NCBI RefSeq assembly: GCF_009914755.1
Contig: NC_060927.1
Strand: one strand, 5' to 3'
Origin: the human T2T-CHM13v2.0 reference genome, Homo sapiens
Length of the DNA stretch: 64,000 bases
Below, in pieces: positions 12,834 to 24,878 of the stretch. The notes beneath the pieces are model-generated. The model did not search any database, was not told where the DNA came from, and saw nothing but the letters and a program-made list of their open reading frames with translations. Position 1 is the first letter of the stretch. The number at the start of each line of letters is the position of its first letter. The position numbers were made by a program, and so were the translations under genes.

Positions 12834-12946
12834 CTTAATAAGCGCCTACTATTTACAGGTGCAGTGTTGCTGTGGGGAGCAGAAAAGCTACAAAAATGAT
12901 TCTCATCTGTGGATTCTCTCCTCAAGGAGCTACCTAGCAGTTACAC

Positions 12947-13163
12947 TGGGGGCAGCAACTTTTCCGTAAAAGGGCAGATAGTAAATAATGTGGCTTTACT
13001 GGCCTGGCGGTCTCTGTGGCAACTCCCCAACTCTGCCAGCAAAGCGTGAAAGTTGTCATAGACAATACATGAACAAAAGAGGATGCCTATGTTTCAATCA
13101 AACTTAATTCACAAACACAGGGCTGGGGCAGATTGGCCCACAGACCATAGTGTACCAATCGCT
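12947..13163. mobile_element. MER58A (hAT-Charlie)
   Basis: gcaacttttccgtaaaagggcagatagtaaata...gtctctgtggcaact...gattggcccacagaccatagt. Confidence 0.85.
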
Positions 13164-13165
13164 AG

Positions 13166-13246
13166 TCCAGCTGGAACCATGTGAAATTGTTGGCATTTGA
13201 TTGTTCCCTACCTCCACAAACAGCAATTTCTTACGGTTTCACCTAA
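13166..13246. mobile_element. MADE2 mariner MITE (degenerate)
   Basis: gaaccatgtgaaattgt ... cagcaatttcttacggtttcacctaa imperfect palindrome. Confidence 0.75.
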
Positions 13247-14209
13247 TGGTTAGGGAGAGTAAATAAAGTCAGACAACTAATATGAAGAAGAAAGTACACG
13301 AGGCCATGATCATGGTAGAGATGATGTTGTTTGTCTGATGCTTCCGAAATGCAGCGAGCTCATGTTTCTAGCCAGGTGACCTCAAACTCATCTCTCTTCC
13401 CTACCCTGCCCTAAGTGCGCCACATGGGCCTCCATTTCCAGTGTGAAAGTACAACCACTGGTTCTGCTAAAGTTGCATTAAAACCTAAAATACTTTGTAG
13501 GTTTTAATGGTATTCATGGCAGGGAGGAGGATTGACATGGTTGAAGGTGTTTGAGAAGCACAGGAGTAACTGATATCAACCAGGATGGATTCTTGCAGGT
13601 CTTACCAAAGCCTTTGACATGATCATCTTCAGAATCTAGGACATCTAAAGAAGGAGATGGAACATGAAGTATTTCCCCAACTGATTTGTTCGAGAAGACC
13701 TTTGTTTATGAAAAGCATCCCTCCAGATTGTGGTTCTGTGAGCTATACCATAGGAAATTCTGAACTTTATGTTTCTAAAGAGAACAGTCTTCTCTCATGG
13801 CAGACCCTGTTTCTAGGGCCCACGTGATTCTCACGTGACTCTATTAACAAAGTCGGAGTGGGAAAAGATGGTAAGACAAAGATTCTGCCATCAGCCTGAC
13901 ATCTACCCTGGGGAGGAAGGTTTGACCGAGGATGATCCCAGAAGCAGCACTGATTAGATAGCTGCCACTTTCCATTTTCTGCTTTAAGGGATGTAACTTG
14001 ACACCCAGACTTGAACCTTTCTGGGAGAATTCATGTAATGACATTATGACATCTTGTGGCCACTTAGAGGAACCCACAGTATTCCCACTAGATTTCAATC
14101 CTGAAGGACAAAAGCCCCCATTAAAAGACCACCAGCCAATGGAGTCCCAGGAGGACATCTCCCCTTTTCCTGCTCTGTCTTGGCCCACAGGATAAGTTTC
14201 TACCAGTTA

Positions 14210-14370
14210 GTCTCTTGCAATTCGTAGTGTGGTCTTTGTACCAGCAGGACTAGAAGCATCAGCACCAATGCAAATTCTTCAGCCACCCCAAAGCAACAGA
14301 GTCAGAATCAGCATTTTAATAAGAGCCCGAGTGAGTGGAATACGCAGTAAAGCTTGAAGAGTGTTGCTTT
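14210..14370. mobile_element. MER5-family hAT element
   Basis: agtgtggtc...aatgcaaattcttcagccacccca...tcagaatcagcattttaataaga. Confidence 0.7.
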
Positions 14371-14569
14371 GGTCTACCTTTCTTTGTGGGTAAATGCCAA
14401 GTTTTGCTTCTTTTTTCAGTATTAGGGGAAAGGCAAGCATCAGACGTGGGCAAGCAGAACGTTAAGCTAGAAGCTCTGCTCTGTGGTTTGAACTATGTCA
14501 CTGTTTCTAGGAATTTACAAGGACCCAAGAACAAGGCCAATAATTTTGTTTGGCTGTTTTTCCTAGTAT

Positions 14570-14760
14570 TTATTGGATATTTTTGCCAGATCACATGTTA
14601 AGCATGCTCCATGCACTCTCTCACTTAACTCCCACAGACTTTGAAGTAGAAACTATTACTAGCCCCACTTTCTAGAGGAGGAGACTAAGTCTAAGAGAGG
14701 AAGCGAACTTCCAGCTAACCACGTAGATGGTGATCTCTGCTCAGTCCTCAAAACTCACTA
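14570..14760 (-). mobile_element. MIR SINE
   Basis: ctattactagccccactttctagaggaggagactaag. Confidence 0.65.
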
Positions 14761-15323
14761 GAGTCAGGGGGAGAAAATAAAAAAGCTATAAACAAATAAG
14801 ACATAAACAGGAGAGGGAACAACAGCAAATAGGAAATGTCAAGAAGTTTACGGGGATGGAGAATGGACAGAAAAGGACAGCCGATTTGGATCTTGGCTTT
14901 CTCCTCTCTAATAAGTGCCTGCAGAGACAGCAGCAAATAAGGAGAGATCATGCAGTGCTGAATCTTGGAAGCTTCTGGAACTGGAGGTACCAGGTACCTC
15001 TGGAGGCAGGCTGGGAAGGGTGGTTGAAAGTCATTACAAGCTTAACCACTCCCTTCCCCTATCTTCTCCCCAGGCCCACATTACCAGGCAAGTGCCCCAG
15101 CTCTGCAGCTGCAAATGCGTAGCTGACTCTCAGCAGATGCTATGCCAAGGATGCTGGTTTAGGGGACACCAGACCCTACTAAGGATAGGAATGAGGAACT
15201 GTACTGAAAACAGGGGAGTAAATGAGCGTCAGTCCATTGAAGAGTGAGGCTCAGACCCTTATCTCCAACTCAGCTCCACAGTGCCATCCTCTAGCTCCTC
15301 AGCATCCCGCGACTATGGCCCCC

Positions 15324-15324
<1 letters not shown>

Positions 15325-15378
<54 letters not shown>
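15325..15378. repeat. (AC)27 microsatellite
   Basis: Perfect 54-bp AC run read directly. Confidence 0.99.
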
Positions 15379-15380
<2 letters not shown>

Positions 15381-15469
15381 TCAACCCCAAGCAGACCCTT
15401 AGATGCTTCTTCCCCAGGGAGGCTGGCTGAGCCAAAAGCAAAGACCCAAGGAATTTGATATTTGGGGAC

Positions 15470-15829
15470 TGTATTAGTCTTTTCTCATGCCGCTGATAAA
15501 GGCATACCTGAGACTGGGTAATTTATAAAGAAGAAGAGATTTAATGGACTCAGTTCCACATGGCTGGAGAGGCCTCACAATCATGGCGGAAGGTGAAAGC
15601 CACATCTTACATAGTGGCAGACAAACAGGGAATGAGAATCAAGCAAAAGGGGTTTCCCCTTATAAAACCATCAGATCTCATGAGATTTACTCCTACCATG
15701 AGAACACTATGGGGGAAACCACCCCCATGATTCAATTACCTCCCACCAGGTCCCTCCCACAACACGTGGGAATTATGGGAGCTACAATTCAAGGTGAGAC
15801 TTGGGTGGGGACACAGCCAAACCATATCA
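15470..15829 (-). mobile_element. THE1B MaLR solo LTR
   Basis: tgtattagtc...aaaggggtttccccttataaaaccatcagatctc...ccaaaccatatca; perfect 5-bp TSD GGGAC/GGGAC. Confidence 0.95.
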
Positions 15830-15979
15830 GGGACTCTTTGGAAAAAATGCCCACCCACAGGTTTTTCAGACAACTGCATCCCCCTAGACATGTGAACAGT
15901 ATTTCCACCTTCACAGAAACCAAAACAGACTAAAAGGGAGAAACAGAGAAGCAGAAGAAGGTTTTCAAAAACATCCTCC

Positions 15980-16294
<315 letters not shown>

Positions 16295-16367
16295 TTAAAC
16301 AAGAACAGGATACTCTCAGAGACTAATAGAACTGAGCAGGAGAGTCTGGAAATTAAAAACAAGTAGC

Positions 16368-16782
<415 letters not shown>

Positions 16783-16825
16783 TCAATGTTGTCATCAGTC
16801 ACCCACTTACAAAGCCCTAGGAGAA

Positions 16826-17293
16826 CGCTATGGGCCGAATTTTTCTCCAAAAATTCACACGGTGAAGTCTTAACTCCCAGTACTTCAGAATGTTTCTGTA
16901 TTTAGACATAGGGTCTTTAAAGAGGTAGTAAGATTAAATGAGGTCAAATAAGTGGGCCCTAAAGCACGTGACTGTCCGCACTTGGAGATAGGGCCTTCAA
17001 AGTAGGGCAGGCCCTAATCCACCTAATCCAATCTGACCAGTGTCCTTATAAGAAAAGGAAAATTGAATGCAGGATGAGAAGGCAGGGGTGCATGCACACA
17101 GAGGGGAGATCATGTGAGGACACAGTGAGAAGGTGGCCGAATGCAAGCCAAGATGAGAGGCCTCAAAATGAAACCAAACCTGCAGGCACCTTACTTGGAC
17201 TTCTGGCCTCCAGAATCATGAGAAATACATTTCTGTTGTGTCAGCCACCCAGTCTATGGCATTTTGTGATAGTAGCCCTAGCACACTAATACA
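16826..17293 (+). mobile_element. MLT1B solo LTR
   Basis: cccagtacttcagaatg...catgtgaggacacagtgagaaggtggcc...agccctagcacactaataca; TSD GAGAA/GAGGA. Confidence 0.9.
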
Positions 17294-18299
17294 GAGGACT
17301 GTATTGTTCAATTAAGGGTGAATTTTCTTGTTGCAGGAGTTGAGAAACAAACCAACCAATCAGAGAACTGACCCTGAAAGAGTAAATCTTTTCCCAGAGA
17401 ACAGGACTCTCTAGGCATGAGTGAGATACAAATAGTCTTTTCTGCCTCCTCTTCTTCCCAAGAACTGATAAGGTTGAAAGAAAAGAACTCATCCAGGGAG
17501 AGAGGGAGTAAAGGATTCTGCTACAACAGCGACACACCAGCATCATCCTGGGAGACCACCTGCTGATGGCCCAGGCCCAGATGTGAGCTCTTCCCAGGCC
17601 TGGACACCCCTACTCCCACCTGCTCACCCTCACTAAGCCACAGGTTCTTTCCCATCTTATAACTGCTCCCTGGAACATTCGGCAGCCAGAGTTAGCTAAT
17701 CCAATCAGTTTAAAGGCGTTTTGCATAAGCCTGATCATAACCCTCACCTGAGCAGTGTTAAAATAAGCAGGCTCCCTGGATCCTCCCCTGGAGATTCTGA
17801 TTCAGTGGGTTATTTTGAACACATTGTCCAGAAAATTCCAGTGGAGGTGCATTCGGAAAACATTAGACTAATGCCGCTTAGCAGGATGGCCTCTTTTCTG
17901 GAACCAGGGCCTTTGAATGGTGGGGCTCTTTGAAACCCATGAGAGTGCCTCTGCAGCACTGCTCTCTGAGTGACCCTGATGTGTGACCCCTGACAGAGCC
18001 ATTCAGATGAAGGCTAGCGTGGATATATGGTGACCTCCCTGGGCCAGCCTAAGCCACCCTCAGCAAGGACTAAGGAATGGAAATTCCAGGATGCTGGCTG
18101 TAGTCACATGGAAAGCAGTACTTTCTGACCATCAGAGCCACTGTGAAACAACAGAATGTGGCCCTTGGGAGGAAGGGAGTTCCCCATACTTGGAGAAACC
18201 CAATGATCAAAGGATGAGCTTTGTCAAAGGAAATTGTACCTTTTACTTGACTCAGATGCCCGATAGATGCTTCCTGGAAGGACAAGAGGGTTGTTTAGA

Positions 18300-18483
18300 G
18301 CCTCACTACTCAAAGTGCGGACCACAGGCCAGCAGCATGAGCCTCACTAGGAGCTTTTAAAGACCTCTAACATCAACTTCATGTCCTAAAATTCCAGCCA
18401 CCTTGATTCAAGGTTAGGCCCTGGCATAAAGACCCTTAAAATCTCCCCAGTTTATTCTAATGTAAAGCCAGGATTAAAAGCCA
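18300..18483. mobile_element. MER5-family hAT element
   Basis: ctactcaaagtgcggaccacaggccagcagcat ... attctaatgtaaagccaggattaaaagcca. Confidence 0.65.
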
Positions 18484-18899
18484 GAGAGAGCCAGAGACCC
18501 CAAGGGTACCATCTAACTAAGATAACAAGAATCTCTGGCTGGGCTGGTGGGGAATAAACTTGTGAGAGAAGGGAAGAAACATTTGTGAAAAGCTGCAGTC
18601 TCTTTTTCACTTTCTTTTCTGCTTACTTCAGCAGGAATTTGTCTCCCAGCTGCCAAAAGCAAAATGACTCAGAGAAGTGACATGACCTGCTCAAGGTCAC
18701 TCCGTGGATGATGCAAGACTAGCAGGCAAGAATATCTTTGGATTCCTGCTCCGGGGCGTGACGACATCCCGGGCCACTGGGGTGGGGCTGCAAAGTATTA
18801 AAAAAAAGGAAGAAGACAAGTTTCCCACCCCTAGATACAGCCTGGCAGTTAAAGCAAGTCAAAATCAAAGTACAGCAGACATAGACATTGTAATAAACT

Positions 18900-19150
18900 T
18901 GTCTTGAGTGCTTACGCGTATATGCTAACCACTGCATTTTCTTTATGTGTGTCACATCATTTCATCTCTGGAACAATCTCATGAGAGACTGTTAGGTCCT
19001 ATTATTAACTCATGTTTTACTCATGAGGACACTGAGGCTCAGAGTGGTGCAGTAATTTGCCCAAGGTAGCACAGCTTGTAGGTATGATAGCAGAGCCGAG
19101 ATGCAAACTCAAATTCAAGAACCCAAACACCTAAGCACCGTGGACCACTG
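18900..19150 (-). mobile_element. MIR SINE, near full length
   Basis: ttttactcatgaggacactgaggctcagagtgg...ttgcccaaggtagcacagcttgta. Confidence 0.85.
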
Positions 19151-19362
19151 CTCTTGCCTAAAAACAGGAAGCACAGAGTGAGGGGGACCTCTGTGAAGGC
19201 TGACAGACTTAGGAAAGGCTTCCTGGGGGAAGATGCCTTTCTCTGAGCTTGGCTAGAATGGGTCAAAAAAGAGTAGGTGTGCGGGGCAGAGGTGAGGCTG
19301 GGGATGGGGAGCAACAGGCATCAAAACTGAGTGCAATCTAGGATTTAAAATTCAGGTATTCA

Positions 19363-19523
19363 TAGCTGGCATGGTGGCAGGTGCCTGTAATCCCAGCTAC
19401 TCGGGAGCATGAGACATGACACCCACTGGAACAGAGGTTGCAGTGAGCCGAGATTACGCCACTGCCCTCCAGCCTGGGCAACAGAGGGAGACTCCGCCTC
19501 AAAAAAAAAATTAAAAATTAAAC
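19363..19523 (+). mobile_element. 5'-truncated Alu (right arm) with internal deletion
   Basis: ggcatggtggcaggtgcctgtaatcccagctactcggga...gaggttgcagtgagccgagat...A-tail; TSD aaaattcaggtatt/aaaatccagctatt. Confidence 0.9.
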
Positions 19524-20162
19524 AAAATCCAGCTATTGGAGGAAAGGGTGGGCTGGTAAGCCCTTTGGCAGAAAGAAGAGGCAGTTTTTGCTCTGAAGCC
19601 CTAGAGAAAATGAATTGCTGAAAAGCAGGGATGGAATAAAATGTGTCCCCTTTAGACTGCTGGATGGGTTCTGAGGTCCTGTGAGAGAGGCAGGCAGGGA
19701 GACAAGGAGCTGAGGAAGTTGTAGAAGACCCTGGGAGATGCAGGCTTGAGGAGCTTCTTCAAAGAGCCTAACCCCAGCCACCTATGTTGGGCCCAAGCTT
19801 GGCGCTGCCCACGAGTTCTGTGGTCTATTTTCATTATCATCCCACTTTACTCTTCTTACTTTGAAGGGAGGCCAGGCTAGAAAGGAAACCAGGCTCAGAT
19901 GGGGTCAATGTGCTTGTCCAAGGCCACTTAGCTGAGAGGAGCCCAGCCAAGATGGGAACCCGCTTCTGCCTGACCCAACGCCCATCTCACGCGTTGAGGA
20001 AATGAGACTTCCTGCAAGGCATGGCAGAGAAAACATGTACTGTTCTCTGCTCCTTCCTGAGAATAACTCACATGCCAGCAAATAAATTTCTAAAAAGTCA
20101 TAAATAAGCCTGCAAGGTAAAAAAGAAAAGGGAGAAATGCAAGAAGAGATGTCCAAATACAT

Positions 20163-20164
<2 letters not shown>

Positions 20165-20192
<28 letters not shown>
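20165..20192. repeat. (GT)14 microsatellite
   Basis: Read directly. Confidence 0.98.
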
Positions 20193-20194
<2 letters not shown>

Positions 20195-20640
20195 ATGTAT
20201 GTATTTGGAGGCTGAAAACAGGTTGGATGAACTAATGTATCAAAGCTGAAAGCTGAACCAAGACAAAGGGGAAACAATGGGAAGCAAAGTGAACTGGGTC
20301 CCAGAACCCCAGAAAACCTCAAGAATTCATCAGCTCTGAATAAAAAGTGCTGGGTGGGCTGGAAGCAAGAGGATTGCTTTAAAAATCTTTAAAAATAAAA
20401 TCTAGATCTCCAGGTTCCTTCCTCAACGCCAGGCAGCAAGGTGACTACCCCTCCTCCAATCCCACAGAAGAAAAGAAGTTTAACTTCTAGCCAGCTTCAG
20501 GAAAATAGGCTCTGGATTTGTGGCTTAGGGGCACAATATAGGATAAGTCTCAGCCACCTAATTCAAAGAAGGGGGATTAAATGAACTCAACACACTGAAT
20601 GATGAGATATCATCCCCCTCCCAAAAAAGCCGGCTCTTAT

Positions 20641-20753
20641 CTTGGATGACCAACTGTCCTGGTTTTCCTGAGACTGATGCATTCTCAGGGTGATGGATTT
20701 TCAGTGCTAAGTCCAGGGACGTCCTAGGTAAATCAGAATGAATTGTCACCCTT
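20641..20753. mobile_element. MER81 (hAT-Blackjack)
   Basis: ggatgaccaactgtcctggtttt...tttcagtgctaa...gtcaccct. Confidence 0.8.
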
Positions 20754-21191
20754 CTTCTATCCCTCTGAGACCAGAAGATGTCTTTCTGGGGAACATGACC
20801 AGCCAAAGTGAAAAGATCTGCAGAGTAAGAGGCAAGAAGCAAAAGCCCTCATGAGATGACAAGGTCCTCATTCTATAACAAAACCACCCACAACTAGGTC
20901 CTGCCCCACACACAGACCTTCTACTCAGCAGATCACAGCATGAGCCTGGTGGTTCGGGGCACAGGGCCCCTGGCAATGCCAGCTGGGTGTGGCAGAGCTG
21001 TCTGCGCACAGAGGGCATCAACAGCAGAGGCTGCCTCCAGGCACCTGGGACAGAGCATCCATTGTGCGAAACATCCCCACGGATGCCCAGAAATAGTTAG
21101 AGGAGACTCTTTGGTGGGGGTGTCACTGTGTGAGTGCTCAGTGACAAGGCTGGCAAGAGAGCAAGGGCTTATGTGGGACAAGAACAAGCTG

Positions 21192-21660
21192 GCAGCGCTC
21201 CTCACAATAGCCGACATCTGGAATCAACCCAAATGCCCATCAACAAGGGAATGAATGAACAGGTTGCAGTCTATCCATACAATGAAATATTATTCAGCCA
21301 TGAAATGGAATGAGGTACTGATTCTGCTACAACAAGGATGGACCTCAAAAACATGATGGTGAGGCATAAAATGTTACATATTGTAGGGTTCAATTTACAT
21401 GAAATATCCAGAATAGGAAAATCCATTCTGCTGGAAAGCAGATTAGCAGTTGCCAGGGTCGAAGAGTAGAGGGATGGAGGAAGGGGGTGACTGCTTCATA
21501 GAGACTGACTTTTGGGGTAATTGGAAATGTTCTGGAAATAGACAGAGGTGATGGTTTCTCAACAAGGTGAATGCAGTCAATGCCACTGACCTGTATGCTT
21601 TAAAACAGTTAATTTTCTGTTATGTGAATCTAACATACCTCAATTAAAAAGAAAAAAAGA
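21192..21660 (+). mobile_element. L1MB-type LINE 3' end
   Basis: cacaatagcc...caacccaaatgcccatcaac...gaaatatccagaatagg...aatgccactga...A-rich tail. Confidence 0.9.
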
Positions 21661-23105
21661 TCAATCTGTCAAGAATGGAGAGGCCTATACCACAGACTCA
21701 CCTAACCCAAGTAAATACCAGCAAGCGTGTCTCAGAATCTGAGAGCTGCTCCCCTGTCTCCCATCCATCCAGGCCCTGCTCTCAGGAGACCCCAGAGACC
21801 CCGGGGGAAGACAGGCTTGCTCCCAGCAAGGCAATGGCCAAACTAAGCCCTAAGACTGCCCCCAACCAGAGTGCAACAGGTAGATCTCATGGTAAGTGTT
21901 CTCATTACAATAAAATAAAATCTTAAATAAATAAATACATAAGCCCAAAATTAAAGAGGGACACTCACACACACAGAGCTCTGAGTAGTTTCTTCTCTTC
22001 CTCCTCTCACCTGACCTGCAGCAGACCCTCAGGGTCCCAGGCACCCTCCCAGCACCTGGTGAGCCCCACATTTCTCTGGCATACATGAAGACCTGCTGGT
22101 TTGCAGAATGTTCTCATGAGAAATTGTCAATACTCGGATGCCACAGACCATGCTTCGTGCAACTGCAGTCAGGTTTGTTTAAGAAACACAATTAGGAAGG
22201 AAAAGCACACTTTTTTTCCCTTGTAAGACCTGAGGGAATTGTTGGTATTCAAGCCGGCTCTCTGGAGGCCTCTTCCTCCTCTGAAGGAACATAAATACAC
22301 TGCATTCCACCCAGCCACAGACAGACCAGGGCCCTATTACAGACCCAGCCCAGGAATGCACAGCCCCCAACAGCCAACAGAGCTGAGCACTGCCCTGCTG
22401 GCTCCACACACAGCTCTCAGGAACTCCAGAACTTCCCGAGCACCTTGTCTGGTGGTGCAACACATTTTTCTTTGCAGCAAAATCGCTTTTTCTTTTTTTC
22501 AAGGAATTTTACGTTTAAAACCACAAAACAGAAGGGAGGTTTGTAAGTGGAGCTTTTCTGGTTGATGAAGAGGTAAGGGACTCTAACTTCTCTCCTCCTT
22601 ATCTTCTTATAGTTCACCTAAGGGACTTCGGGTTTCCCCAAGACACTCAGGGTTCCCCAGGGCACAGTTTGCTAACCCCTGATCTGGTCCCATGTCCTCA
22701 TGTCAATGTATAATTCTCAAAAAAGTAAGAATGTGACTCTTACACAAATAGTAAATGAGCACATGTCAAGGATCTCTTTAACCTATGAGTGGGGCGACCA
22801 GCAGGACGAGAAAACCAGTTCAAAGCCTTACAGGAAAGACCAAAGTAACTGCATTGGAGGACAGAAAGATTGCTGAACTAAGACAGCAAAGTCAGACTCA
22901 GAAATGATGAATGTCCTGAGGGTCAATAAAATCGTATTCTTCGAGGGTATCTTTTACACTGGACAGAAATCATTTTCATGACTACTGGACTGAAATCATT
23001 TGCAAGTTATCAATCTTCCAGAAATTAGCATCACACTTTCCAGAGTCTGGGCCTGAACCGGTAGTAAAGAGTAAATCACAGAAAAGTATATTCCCCTCCC
23101 TTGAG

Positions 23106-23310
23106 CAGGGTCAGCAAAAGTGCTCGATAAAGGGGCAGACAGTAAATAATCTTCAGCTTTGTGGGCCATATGGTCTCTGTTGCAACCACTCAAATGCAGC
23201 CGTGGTTGCAAAATGAAAGCAGCACAGACAATCTGTACGCGAATGGGTGTGGCTGTGTTCCAATAGAACTTTATTTACAAAAACAGGCAGCAGCCAGATT
23301 TGGCCCGTGC
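23106..23310. mobile_element. MER58A (hAT-Charlie)
   Basis: cagggtcagcaaa...gctttgtgggccatatggtctctgttgcaac...ggctgtgttccaatagaactttatttacaaaaacaggc. Confidence 0.9.
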
Positions 23311-24339
23311 CCTGAAGAATTAAATTGCCATTGGGCAGGGCCTGTCTGACAGTGCTTTAATGTGGCATTCAAAGGACACGCAGTCATCTTCTTCCTTATT
23401 TCAAAGTTTCAGATGCTTTCTCTTAACACATAGATATGGAAACCACAGAGGGGAAGCAACTGGGCCCAGGGGACACGACCATGCTGGGCTTCCAGCCATA
23501 AATTCCTTCTGTCTCCTGGTTCTTTGGAAGCCAAGACACGGCTGGTCTTTCCCACCAGGAGGGCAGGCTGGGCTAAGGTTGAAGCAGCAGAGTTCTCACT
23601 TCCCCAAAGAACCTACCTTTGGGAATTTCCAAAGGAAATTTCCTTCTCAGCATCTCCAAAGGGGGCCTTTGATTGAATGAAGAATCTTTGCTCTCTTCAC
23701 CCACAACAGATGCATGAAGACAGAAAAGCACAAACCCTCGGCAGATCAGTGAGCTTTCTCTTGACGTGCTCCACAGTTTAAAATCAAGTCAAACAGGAGA
23801 CATCTCCACTAGAACAATTAGTCAGAGACAGCGGTTCATTGTCAGGGTTTCTGGCACATTGCTGCGGGAGAAAGTGAGGAAAAGATTTGACATTGGAGCC
23901 TTGGAAGTATTTTTTAATTCAACGGGGAATAAAAGCACTTTGTTCCCTTTTCCTTTCAAAATCAGTGCTTCCCCTTCCAACCTATCACAAATGTCTCTCA
24001 CTGCATTAGAGCTATGCAAAGAGATTTTTAATGGAATGCTGTCACGTGTGTGTGCACTCGGCAAGGCTCTTTCAGCAAGCAATTCATTGTCTTTGGGAGG
24101 AAAAAGAAACGAGTGGGTAAAGAAACACGGGGCTGCTTTGAAAAGGTGCTTACATAAGGGTGTGAGGAGGAGAACATGTTGCTCCATTTTACCCAGCCCC
24201 TGCTATGGGCAGGACGTGCTTCACACAGATCCTCATCCAACCCTTGCCACCATCTATGAGCTCAGAACCCAGGCACAGAAGCATATATGTGAGGTCCCAG
24301 AATCTAACGTAGGGAGTTCTAAGACCTTGATGTCTATTA

Positions 24340-24520
24340 GCTAACTTCATTCTCACAGCCACATTGTGAGACAGGCACTTTGATCACCATCCCCATTTTA
24401 CAGAAGAGGGAATGAAGACACAAGGAGGCTGAGCAAACTGCCCAGGGGCCCACAGCTAGCAAGCGACGAGACTAGGATTTGAATCCAAGCAATTAGTCTC
24501 CAGGGACCATGTGTTTGACT
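24340..24520 (-). mobile_element. MIR SINE
   Basis: atccccattttacagaagaggg...cacagctagcaag...ggatttgaatccaagc. Confidence 0.8.
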
Positions 24521-24655
24521 GTTACACTCACCTGCTTCCAAGAGCTAAAGTCTAACTTTGTCTCCAAACTAACAGGTGCTGGTGAGAAGAGTAAAAATGA
24601 AAGTTCCAATGTTTCTGAGGCCCAGGAAAGAATTCCTAAGTCAAACACCTCAAGA

Positions 24656-24747
24656 AACAGGTTTTATTTTTATTTTTGGTTGATTTCCTCTTAGGAAAAT
24701 CAACAGGTTCTATTTTTACTTTTGGTTGATTTGCTCTTAGAAAAATC
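24656..24747. repeat. 46-bp tandem duplication (2 copies, 4 mismatches)
   Basis: aacaggttttatttttatttttggttgatttcctcttaggaaaatc followed by aacaggttctatttttacttttggttgatttgctcttagaaaaatc. Confidence 0.95.
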
Positions 24748-24878
24748 TGTGACTTGCTATGGCACAAGGAGGGGCAGGAGATCAGGTGAAGTTTCTAGTC
24801 CAGGCCTCTGGCTCCTGACAAATGGACTTAAAAAGACATTCAGTCATCTCTTATTTATTGAGAAGTTGTGAAAGAGTC

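Noticed and set aside
15544-15933. 129-aa ATG-initiated ORF
   Set aside because: Antisense reading of the THE1B LTR.
19131-19151. REST/RE1-like AGCACCnnGGAC
   Set aside because: Lacks the conserved TTC start and the AG after GGAC; lies at a MIR edge.
23766-24344. Longest ORF (192 aa)
   Set aside because: GTG start, no recognisable domain, no exon-like boundaries, runs towards a MIR; consistent with chance in 64 kb.
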